Source: Trypanosoma brucei (taxonomy: Eukaryota). From it: a stretch of DNA of 64,000 nucleotides. The notes beneath the pieces were generated by a model. The model had not been told where the DNA came from. It saw only the letters and a list, made by a program, of their open reading frames with translations, and did no database searches. Position numbers and translations under genes: made by a program. Within the stretch, counting starts at the first letter, position 1. Each line of letters starts with the position of its first letter. This document shows positions 34,498 to 46,200 of this stretch, piece after piece. The stretch covers positions 480,001-544,000 of the forward strand of contig CP000067.1 in the NCBI GenBank assembly GCA_000002445.1. The letters are read 5' to 3'.

Positions 34498-36336
34498 TTA
34501 CGGAGCAGAAGGCAACCTCGCCGATTGTTCATTCATAAGAGAGAGCTGACGCTCAAACGCCCGTTTGTTCAACGTTCGCAACGATGTCATCAATTCCTCT
34601 AGGGCTTGCTGATGGGTCTCCATCCACTCCTTCTGCTCAACAAAAGACTGCAAGCGCGAGTCCAGCAGCGCCAGCGTCATCTTTACAGAAGCTCTCGATT
34701 TCTCTGAACAGGCCGCCGCATTATCTAACTCCGTAATTAGCGGAGGAACCTCGTCGTCCCGTGTACCCCAGAACACACGCTGCAATGTCAAAGAGACGGT
34801 ACGGAACGTCTGCCTGACGCGCTGGCTCTCCGCCTCATTCTCATTGAGGATGTCCCGCTCGTTTATGGTCTCCTTCTCGGAGACTTTTATGAAAGATGCA
34901 TGCTCTTCCCGCAGTATTGTGAGACGGTCTTGGAGCGTCCTAATGATATTCTCCAGTGCTGCTTCGTACTGTTTTACAATTGTCTCATTCGTCTTCTCCC
35001 CCCTCACGCCACTGGCACCGCGGCGTGCACGTGACTCTTCTTGCCGCTTCTGATGATCCTCAGCGAGTTTTGTGTCCCAGAACGACTGTAGCTGCTGCTT
35101 GAGCGCAAGTGTGTTATTCTCATAAATAACTGCATCAGATTGCCGAGCCTCTTCAGAGAGCTTTAGAGCCTCCGACAGCTTCTGGATTTCACTCCGCGCT
35201 TCCGTTTCCGATTCCTGAGTCTTCTCGAGCACTATTGCCATCTCTTCCATCCGCCCCATAAGCTTTGCAAATTCCTCCGCCCGATCAGGGTCGGCATTTG
35301 ACATCGGTGAGCGACCGGCATGGGGCACATCGCCGTTAGTAGCTTCGTTCTTGGTGCGCAGTTTGGCGCGCAAGTTCTCGATAACAACGTCCTTCTCCAG
35401 GAGCTGTTCCTCAAACTCACGCTCCTTCGCCTCCATCTCCTTCTTATTTTCCTGAATAATCGCGGCCACGAGTTCGCTGTTACGGTGGGCAAGTTTTTCA
35501 TTGCGCGCCCGCTCCCGCTTTATGGCCTCAATGGCCTTCTTCCGTTCCTCTTCAAGAGAGTTCTTCTGCTCCGTCATCTGCTGCAGTAATGCCTCAAGAT
35601 CATTGTTGATACCAACCAACTCCCGCTCCCTCTCATCAACCTTCTCCTGCAAATCTTTAAGCGCCTTCTCATGATCGCGAATCAGTTTCTCTATCCGCTT
35701 ATCATTCTCATCCTTCAATCTGGCGATCATCGCCTTGGTTTCTGCCTCCAGTTCTGCATTGCGCTTGAGTAACGCATCAACACCGTCAGGTGGTGCATCA
35801 CGATTTGCATAGAGGCGCATCACCTCGCGAAACGGGTACAAATCAACACGCTGCTGAATTTCTTCCTCGTCAATATCCGCGTCGTGAGTGACGTGAAATG
35901 TGACGTACAAACTGCCAAGTCGAAGCTCCCGCAGTGCGACATTTTCCAACGGCACATCACATGCAGCAGCGGCATCCTTCACAAACACGTCACAGAGTGC
36001 CACCATGTGGTTGTCAAGCACACACTTCCATCCGTCGCCGTCGAAACGCCTCGTGTGCTGTGTTGTAATCATTTCCACGGACGACAATGAGGTCGACGAA
36101 GACATTCCTTCAACCAGATCACTCGTGTTAGACGGAACCGCGTCAGACGCCACATCCACGGGTTGCGCTTGCTTCACAAGCTGCAAGTAACCGCCCACCT
36201 GAGGGCTACCCACAATTTCGGAAGACCATGCCACCTCCACTCCAACAGAAGCCTCCATGACTCTCCGGTAAGCTGACGTTGATAAAATGAATGCCCTTAG
36301 CTCGCTCTCTGTACGTATATATATATATCCTCTCAC
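34498..36336 (-). CDS. hypothetical coiled-coil protein (612 aa)
   Basis: Long ORF. The central part is dominated by charged heptads (KRNAELEAETKAMIARLKDENDKRIEKLIRDHEKALKDLQEKVDERERELV...). No catalytic motif. Confidence 0.65.
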   Translation of the reverse strand: MRGYIYIRTESELRAFILSTSAYRRVMEASVGVEVAWSSEIVGSPQVGGYLQLVKQAQPVDVASDAVPSNTSDLVEGMSSSTSLSSVEMITTQHTRRFDGDGWKCVLDNHMVALCDVFVKDAAAACDVPLENVALRELRLGSLYVTFHVTHDADIDEEEIQQRVDLYPFREVMRLYANRDAPPDGVDALLKRNAELEAETKAMIARLKDENDKRIEKLIRDHEKALKDLQEKVDERERELVGINNDLEALLQQMTEQKNSLEEERKKAIEAIKRERARNEKLAHRNSELVAAIIQENKKEMEAKEREFEEQLLEKDVVIENLRAKLRTKNEATNGDVPHAGRSPMSNADPDRAEEFAKLMGRMEEMAIVLEKTQESETEARSEIQKLSEALKLSEEARQSDAVIYENNTLALKQQLQSFWDTKLAEDHQKRQEESRARRGASGVRGEKTNETIVKQYEAALENIIRTLQDRLTILREEHASFIKVSEKETINERDILNENEAESQRVRQTFRTVSLTLQRVFWGTRDDEVPPLITELDNAAACSEKSRASVKMTLALLDSRLQSFVEQKEWMETHQQALEELMTSLRTLNKRAFERQLSLMNEQSARLPSAP

Positions 36337-37254
36337 CTCCCTTCAGAGCACCTTTGAAACAAATACGCCAATGACAACAAACAACTGCCAACGAAAGATT
36401 TGAATGCACCTACAAAATGAGGTTACTCTAATATGACCAATAGGGTTACTGGGTGCTCATCGAAAAAAAAAAGCAGAGGAGTGTTAAACATACATATACA
36501 CCTTTTTCAAATGACTACAAAGTGCAAAGGTATCTGACAACTTCTCCCGACCAGCGTGGTATTATTATTATTATTTAAAAGCGCAAGAATTTGGGCGTAC
36601 TACCACAATATGTCGCACTCAGCATGCCCTGTGAACATATGTAATACGACAAAAGCACAAGCCATCACATGCCGCATCAACGGGGCGAAAAACCGAGTGC
36701 ACAAACGCAATCAATCACCCGATCAGTCCACCGTTTTTCAGGTGCCCCCCCCCCAAAAAACCACCTCATCACCAGAAGCATCAGAGACAGGAGGAAAGGC
36801 ATATATTACGCCTTCCAATAGCACTAAAATGCTGCCACCGCAGAATAGAGGCAGTTTGACCATACTGTTCCACTGGAGATTCAGTGGTAAACCGCCACGA
36901 ACTGATTTTGAAAGAAAAAACAAGCATTCGAACCCTTCCCCGACACCTACGTTAACAAATATAAGAGTAACGGAAAAACAGAAGAGTGCAACAGTGATAA
37001 GAAACACAATGCGCCACACCACCGTCAGATATTAGAAATGGCAAATTACACAGAAGTAAATGTTGATTCACTGAATAACAAAAAAAGGCTTCATACAGCA
37101 AAAACGTACATTGCAACGAAACACTGCACTTAAGTAAAAATAAAGGAACATCACCATACATCCAATAGAAAAAAATGTAAGTAGCAATAATACGTATTTA
37201 AAAATGTCAAAATTGTCAGCAACAAAGATGCTTACACGAACAGAAAAAAAAAGA

Positions 37255-40200
37255 CTACGCCTCATTTCCACGCAGTTCTTCACGAAGAGCTTTAACCTCA
37301 TCCTCTAGTCTCTTTATAACTAAGTCATTACACTTTCTCAGCTCCTCTTGAGACTCCACATAATACTTCATCGTCTCCTCCTGAACCCTTATAGACTCTC
37401 TCAGCTTTAGCACCCTCTTGGCCAGGACAGAACAAAGATGGCAATCATTAACATCGGACAGACTTGAAAGAAGAGAAGAACCTTCAAAAGCATCACCACT
37501 TCCACCACGATACGAAACACACAAAGACCCACAATCATCATTTATTTTGGACACAACAGCATCATCTTCTTCACAACGAGAAGCGGCAAGAGCCGAAGAA
37601 AGAGGAAAGCCAACTTCCTCCTTCACCTTAAGTGGGGGCACACAGGTACCCGCATCACCACCAGCACCCTCCGTGGCACCCCTTCGGTCGAGGTCAACTC
37701 CACCACCAAACAGGGAATTACTGCCATCCACAGGGCAAAGAACATTACTAGAAATCGCACCTCCAACGTTACCAGATTTTAAAAACACCACATCATGATC
37801 ATCGGAAACGACTCGACAACCCATAACTCTAAGAGCATCAGCAACACAATGACCAACTGTTTTTTCACAAAGAAAAGCACTATCCTTAGAAACCTTAACA
37901 TTCATATTATCCACAGTAGAATACGCAAAATCATTCACAGCACTCCCACAAACATTGGTACATTGCAGAGCTTCATACTTTTCATTCAAAGCCCGTAATG
38001 ATTTAAGTTCATCCTCCATGGCAGAATTCGAACGCCTCGCAGCTTCATACTGTTCATTCAAGGACCGTAATGATTTAAGTTCATCCTCCATTGCAGTATT
38101 ACTACGTTGTAGAGTTTCATACTGTTCATTCAAAGCTCGCAATGATTTAAGTTCATCCTCCATGTCAGAATTCGAACGTCTCGCAGCTTCATACTGTTCA
38201 TTCAAAGCTCGCAATGATTTAAGTTCATCCTCCATGGCAGAATTCGAACGCCTCGCAGCTTCATACTGTTCATTCAAGGACCGTAATGATTTAAGTTCAT
38301 CCTCCATGGCAGTATTACTACGTTGTAGAGTTTCATACTGTTCATTCAAAGCTCGCAATGATTTAAGTTCATCCTCCATGTCAGAATTCGAACGTCTCAC
38401 AGCTTCATACTGTTCATTCGCAGCTCGCAATGAATCAAGTTCTTCCTCCATGGCAGCATTGGTACGTTGCAGAGTTTCATACTGTTCATTCAAAGCTCGC
38501 AATGAATCAAGTTCTTCCTCCATGGCAGCATTGGTACGTTGAAGAGTTTCATACTGTTCATTCAAAGCTCGCAATGAATCAAGTTCATCCTCCATGGCAG
38601 CATTGGTACGTTGCAGAGTTTCATACTGTTCATTCAAAGCTCGCAATGAATCAAGTTCATCTTCCATGGCAGCATTGGTACGTTGCAGAGTTTCATACTG
38701 TTCATTCAAAGCTCGCAATGAATCAAGTTCATCTTCCATGGCAGCATTTAAATGCCGAAGTTCCTCAAGCTCCTCATTCACGGCCTTCTCTTCTTTAGAT
38801 TGCTCTCTTATACCCTCATCAAGTTCCTCAAGTCGGCTGAGATGTCGTTGAAGTGTTGATTCTTCTGTGGTTTCATGAGCTCCGCCAGCGGTGCCGCTAT
38901 TGTTAGCAGGCTTTTTATACTCCTCCATGACGCAATTGATTATTTCCCTTGATTTCTCCTTGATAAATTCGCAACGATATTCTGCCACTTCCTTGAGTCG
39001 TTCAATCTCCTTTAACTTCCTCTCTAGGTTGAGAATCTGCCCGGTCATTGTACTTATAACGTTCCCACTTTCATTGCATTCCCTCTTAAATTCCCTATAG
39101 ACGTTCAAGATATCTAGATCCTCAGCAACAACATCTCGCAATGAATCAAGTTCTTCCTCCATGGCAGCATTAGTACGCTGCAGAGTTTCATACTGTTCAT
39201 TCACAGCTCGCAATGAATCAAGTTCATCCTCCATAGCAGCATTAGTACGTTGCAGAGTTTCATACTGTTCATTCAAAGCTCGCAATGAATCAAGTTCTTC
39301 CTCCATGGCAGCATTGGCACGCTGCAGAGTTTCATACTGTTCATTCAAAGCTCGCAATGAATCAAGTTCTTCCTCCATGGCAGCATTAGTACGTTGCAGA
39401 GTTTCATACTCAGCAACAACATCTCGCAATGAATCGAGTTCATCCTCCATGGCAGCATTGGTACGTTGCAGAGTTTCATACTGTTCATTCACAGCTCGCA
39501 ATGAATCAAGTTCATCCTCCATGGCAGCATTGGTACGTTGCAGAGTTTCATACTGTTCATTCAAAGCTCGCAATGAATCAAGTTCTTCCTCCATGGCAGC
39601 ATTGGCACGCTGCAGAGTTTCATACTGTTCATTCACAGCTCGCAATGAATCAAGTTCATCCTCCATAGCAGCATTAGTACGTTGCAGAGTTTCATACTGT
39701 TCATTCACAGCTCGCAATGAATCAAGTTCATCTTCCATGGCAGCATTGGTACGTTGCAGAGTTTCATACTGTTCATTCACAGCTCGCAATGAATCAAGTT
39801 CATCCTCCATGGCAGCATTGGTACGTTGCAGAGTTTCATACTGTTCATTCAAAGCTCGCAATGAATCAAGTTCATCTTCCATGGCAGCATTAGTACGCTG
39901 CAGAGTTTCATACTGTTCATTCACAGCTCGCAATGAATCAAGTTCATCTTCCATGGCAGCATTGGCACGCTGCAGAGTTTCATACTGTTCATTCAAAGCT
40001 CGCAATGAATCAAGTTCATCCCCCATGGCAGCATTTAAATGCCGAAGTTCCTCAAGCTCCTCATTCACGGCCTTCTCTTCTTTAGATTGCTCTCTTATAC
40101 CCTCATCAAGTTCCTCAAGTCGGCTGAGATGTCGTTGAAGTGTTGATTCTTCTGTGGTTTCATGAGCTCCGCCAGCGGTGCCGCTATTGTTAGCAGGCTT

Positions 40201-43200
40201 TTTATACTCCTCCATGACGCAATTGATTATTTCCCTTGATTTCTCCTTGATAAATTCGCAACGATATTCTGCCACTTCCTTGAGTCGTTCAATCTCCTTT
40301 AACTTCCTCTCTAGGTTGAGAATCTGCCCGGTCATTGTACTTATAACGTTCCCACTTTCATTGCATTCCCTCTTAAATTCCCTATAGACGTTCAAGATAT
40401 CTAGATCCTCAGCAACAACATCTCGCAATGAATCGAGTTCTTCCTCCATGGCAGCATTAGTACGCTGCAGAGTTTCATACTGTTCATTCACAGCTCGCAA
40501 TGAATCAAGTTCATCCTCCATAGCAGCATTAGTACGTTGCAGAGTTTCATACTGTTCATTCAAAGCTCGCAATGAATCAAGTTCATCCTCCATGGCAGCA
40601 TTGGCACGCTGCAGAGTTTCATACTGTTCATTCAAAGCTCGCAATGAATCAAGTTCTTCCTCCATGGCAGCATTAGTACGTTGCAGAGTTTCATACTGTT
40701 CATTCAAAGCTCGCAATGAATCAAGTTCTTCCTCCATGGCAGCATGAGTACGTTGCAGAGTTTCATACTGTTCATTCAAAGCTCGCAATGAATCAAGTTC
40801 TTCCTCCATGGCAGCATGAGTACGTTGCAGAGTTTCATACTGTTCATTCAAAGCTCGCAATGAATCAAGTTCATCCTCCATAGCAGCGTTGGCACGCTGC
40901 AGAGTTTCATACTGTTCATTCACAGCTCGCAATGAATCAAGTTCATCTTCCATGGCAGCATTGGTACGTTGCAGAGTTTCATACTGTTCATTCACAGCTC
41001 GCAATGAATCAAGTTCATCCTCCATGGCAGCATTGGTACGTTGCAGAGTTTCATACTGTTCATTCACAGCTCGTAATGAATCAAGTTCATCTTCCATGGC
41101 AGCATTGGTACGTTGCAGAGTTTCATACTGTTCATTCAAAGCTCGCAATGAATCAAGTTCATCTTCCATGGCAGCATTTAAATGCCGAAGTTCCTCAAGC
41201 TCCTCATTCACGGCCTTCTCTTCTTTAGATTGCTCTCTTATACCCTCATCAAGTTCCTCAAGTCGGCTGAGATGTCGTTGAAGTGTTGATTCTTCTGTGG
41301 TTTCATGAGCTCCGCCAGCGGTGCCGCTATTGTTAGCAGGCTTTTTATACTCCTCCATGACGCAATTGATTATTTCCCTTGATTTCTCCTTGATAAATTC
41401 GCAACGATATTCTGCCACTTCCTTGAGTCGTTCAATCTCCTTTAACTTCCTCTCTAGGTTGAGAATCTGCCCGGTCATTGTACTTATAACGTTCCCACTT
41501 TCATTGCATTCCCTCTTAAATTCCCTATAGACGTTCAAGATATCTAGATCCTCAGCAACAACATCTCGCAATGAATCGAGTTCTTCCTCCATGGCAGCAT
41601 TAGTACGCTGCAGAGTTTCATACTGTTCATTCACAGCTCGCAATGAATCAAGTTCATCCTCCATAGCAGCATTAGTACGTTGCAGAGTTTCATACTGTTC
41701 ATTCAAAGCTCGCAATGAATCAAGTTCATCCTCCATGGCAGCATTGGCACGCTGCAGAGTTTCATACTGTTCATTCAAAGCTCGCAATGAATCAAGTTCT
41801 TCCTCCATGGCAGCATTAGTACGTTGCAGAGTTTCATACTGTTCATTCAAAGCTCGCAATGAATCAAGTTCTTCCTCCATGGCAGCATTAGTACGTTGCA
41901 GAGTTTCATACTGTTCATTCAAAGCTCGCAATGAATCAAGTTCTTCCTCCATGGCAGCATGAGTACGTTGCAGAGTTTCATACTGTTCATTCAAAGCTCG
42001 CAATGAATCAAGTTCTTCCTCCATGGCAGCATGAGTACGTTGCAGAGTTTCATACTGTTCATTCAAAGCTCGCAATGAATCAAGTTCTTCCTCCATGGCA
42101 GCATTAGTACGTTGCAGAGTTTCATACTGTTCATTCAAAGCTCGCAATGAATCAAGTTCATCCTCCATAGCAGCGTTGGCACGCTGCAGAGTTTCATACT
42201 GTTCATTCACAGCTCGCAATGAATCAAGTTCATCTTCCATGGCAGCATTGGTACGTTGCAGAGTTTCATACTGTTCATTCACAGCTCGCAATGAATCAAG
42301 TTCATCCTCCATGGCAGCATTGGTACGTTGCAGAGTTTCATACTGTTCATTCACAGCTCGTAATGAATCAAGTTCATCTTCCATGGCAGCATTGGTACGT
42401 TGCAGAGTTTCATACTGTTCATTCAAAGCTCGCAATGAATCAAGTTCATCTTCCATGGCAGCATTTAAATGCCGAAGTTCCTCAAGCTCCTCATTCACGG
42501 CCTTCTCTTCTTTAGATTGCTCTCTTATACCCTCATCAAGTTCCTCAAGTCGGCTGAGATGTCGTTGAAGTGTTGATTCTTCTGTGGTTTCATGAGCTCC
42601 GCCAGCGGTGCCGCTATTGTTAGCAGGCTTTTTATACTCCTCCATGACGCAATTGATTATTTCCCTTGATTTCTCCTTGATAAATTCGCAACGATATTCT
42701 GCCACTTCCTTGAGTCGTTCAATCTCCTTTAACTTCCTCTCTAGGTTGAGAATCTGCCCGGTCATTGTACTTATAACGTTCCCACTTTCATTGCATTCCC
42801 TCTTAAATTCCCTATAGACGTTCAAGATATCTAGATCCTCAGCAACAACATCTCGCAATGAATCGAGTTCTTCCTCCATGGCAGCATTAGTACGCTGCAG
42901 AGTTTCATACTGTTCATTCACAGCTCGCAATGAATCAAGTTCATCCTCCATAGCAGCATTAGTACGTTGCAGAGTTTCATACTGTTCATTCAAAGCTCGC
43001 AATGAATCAAGTTCATCCTCCATGGCAGCATTGGCACGCTGCAGAGTTTCATACTGTTCATTCAAAGCTCGCAATGAATCAAGTTCTTCCTCCATGGCAG
43101 CATTAGTACGTTGCAGAGTTTCATACTGTTCATTCAAAGCTCGCAATGAATCAAGTTCTTCCTCCATGGCAGCATTAGTACGTTGCAGAGTTTCATACTG

Positions 43201-46200
43201 TTCATTCAAAGCTCGCAATGAATCAAGTTCTTCCTCCATGGCAGCATGAGTACGTTGCAGAGTTTCATACTGTTCATTCAAAGCTCGCAATGAATCAAGT
43301 TCTTCCTCCATGGCAGCATGAGTACGTTGCAGAGTTTCATACTGTTCATTCAAAGCTCGCAATGAATCAAGTTCTTCCTCCATGGCAGCATTAGTACGTT
43401 GCAGAGTTTCATACTGTTCATTCAAAGCTCGCAATGAATCAAGTTCATCCTCCATAGCAGCGTTGGCACGCTGCAGAGTTTCATACTGTTCATTCACAGC
43501 TCGCAATGAATCAAGTTCATCTTCCATGGCAGCATTGGTACGTTGCAGAGTTTCATACTGTTCATTCACAGCTCGCAATGAATCAAGTTCATCCTCCATG
43601 GCAGCATTGGTACGTTGCAGAGTTTCATACTGTTCATTCACAGCTCGTAATGAATCAAGTTCATCTTCCATGGCAGCATTGGTACGTTGCAGAGTTTCAT
43701 ACTGTTCATTCAAAGCTCGCAATGAATCAAGTTCATCTTCCATGGCAGCATTTAAATGCCGAAGTTCCTCAAGCTCCTCATTCACGGCCTTCTCTTCTTT
43801 AGATTGCTCTCTTATACCCTCATCAAGTTCCTCAAGTCGGCTGAGATGTCGTTGAAGTGTTGATTCTTCTGTGGTTTCATGAGCTCCGCCAGCGGTGCCG
43901 CTATTGTTAGCAGGCTTTTTATACTCCTCCATGACGCAATTGATTATTTCCCTTGATTTCTCCTTGATAAATTCGCAACGATATTCTGCCACTTCCTTGA
44001 GTCGTTCAATCTCCTTTAACTTCCTCTCTAGGTTGAGAATCTGCCCGGTCATTGTACTTATAACGTTCCCACTTTCATTGCATTCCCTCTTAAATTCCCT
44101 ATAGACGTTCAAGATATCTAGATCCTCAGCAACAACATCTCGCAATGAATCGAGTTCTTCCTCCATGGCAGCATTAGTACGCTGCAGAGTTTCATACTGT
44201 TCATTCACAGCTCGCAATGAATCAAGTTCATCTTCCATGGCAGCATTGGTACGTTGCAGAGTTTCATACTGTTCATTCAAAGCTCGCAATGAATCAAGTT
44301 CTTCCTCCATGGCAGCATTAGTACGTTGAAGAGTTTCATACTGTTCATTCGCAGCTCGCAATGAATCAAGTTCATCTTCCATGGCAGCATTGGTACGTTG
44401 CAGAGTTTCGTACTGTTCATTCGCAGCTCGCAATGAATCAAGTTCATCTTCCATGGCAGCATTAGTACGTTGCAGAGTTTCATACTGTTCATTCAAAGCT
44501 CGCAATGAATCAAGTTCTTCCTCCATGGCAGCATTAGTACGTTGAAGAGTTTCATACTGTTCATTCGCAGCTCGCAATGAATCAAGTTCTTCCTCCATGG
44601 CAGCATTGGTACGTTGCAGAGTTTCGTACTGTTCATTCACAGCTCGCAATGAATCAAGTTCTTCCTCCATGGCAGCATTAGTACGTTGCAGAGTTTCATA
44701 CTGTTCATTCGCAGCTCGCAATGAATCAAGTTCTTCCTCCATGGCAGCATTAGTACGTTGCAGAGTTTCATACTGTTCATTCGCAGCTCGCAATGAATCA
44801 AGTTCTTCCTCCATGGCAGCATTGGCACGCTGCAGAGTTTCATACTGTTCATTCGCAGCTCGCAATGAATCAAGTTCATCTTCCATGGCAGCATTGGTAC
44901 GTTGCAGAGTTTCATACTGTTCATTCAAAGCTCGCAATGAATCAAGTTCTTCCTCCATGGCAGCATTAGTACGTTGCAGAGTTTCATACTGTTCATTCAA
45001 AGCTCGCAGCGAATCAAGTTCATCCTCCATAGCAGCATTGGTACGTTGTAGAGCTTCATACTGTTCATTCACAGCTCGCAGCGAATCAAGTTCTTCCTCC
45101 ATGGCAGCATTAGTACGTTGTAGAGTTTCATACTGTTCATTCACAGCTCGCAGCGAATCAAGTTCATCCTCCATAGCAGCATTGGTACGTTGTAGAGCTT
45201 CATACTGTTCATTCACAGCTCTCAGTGAATCAAGTTCTTCCTCCATGGCAGCATTGGTACGTTGTAGAGCTTCATACTGTTCATTCACAGCTCTCAGTGA
45301 ATCAAGTTCTTCCTCCATGGCAGCATTAGTACGTTGTAGAGTTTCATACTGTTCATTCACAGCTCGCAATGAATCAAGTTCTTCCTCCATGGCAGCATTG
45401 GTACGTTGCAGAGTTTCATACTGTTCATTCACAGCTCTCAATGAATCAAGTTCATCCTCCATGGCAGCATTGGTACGTTGCAGAGTTTCATACTGTTCAT
45501 TCAAAGCTCGCAATGAATCAAGTTCTTCCTCCATGGCAGCATTAGTACGTTGCAGAGTTTCATACTGTTCATTCAAAGCTCGCAGCGAATCAAGTTCATC
45601 CTCCATAGCAGCATTGGTACGTTGTAGAGCTTCATACTGTTCATTCACAGCTCGCAGCGAATCAAGTTCTTCCTCCATGGCAGCATTAGTACGTTGTAGA
45701 GTTTCATACTGTTCATTCACAGCTCGCAGCGAATCAAGTTCATCCTCCATAGCAGCATTGGTACGTTGTAGAGCTTCATACTGTTCATTCACAGCTCTCA
45801 GTGAATCAAGTTCTTCCTCCATGGCAGCATTGGTACGTTGTAGAGCTTCATACTGTTCATTCACAGCTCTCAGTGAATCAAGTTCTTCCTCCATGGCAGC
45901 ATTAGTACGTTGTAGAGTTTCATACTGTTCATTCACAGCTCGCAATGAATCAAGTTCTTCCTCCATGGCAGCATTGGTACGTTGCAGAGTTTCATACTGT
46001 TCATTCACAGCTCTCAATGAATCAAGTTCATCCTCCATGGCAGCATTGGTACGTTGCAGAGTTTCATACTGTTCATTCACAGCTCGCAATGAATCAAGTT
46101 CATCCTCCATGGCAGCATGAGTACGTTGCAGAGTTTCATACTGTTCATTCACAGCTCGCAATGAATCAAGTTCATCCTCCATGGCAGCATTGGTACGTTG

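Noticed and set aside
44597-46120. Long plus-strand ORFs (up to 507 aa, MAALVRCRVSYCSFTARNESSSSS repeated) and many 69 to 325 aa ORFs on both strands across 38 to 48.4 kb
   Set aside because: They are alternative-frame or antisense readouts of the 69-bp coding repeat. Stop-free frames are expected in a perfect periodic array. Only the minus-strand frame is continuous for 13.4 kb and joins unique N- and C-terminal sequence.
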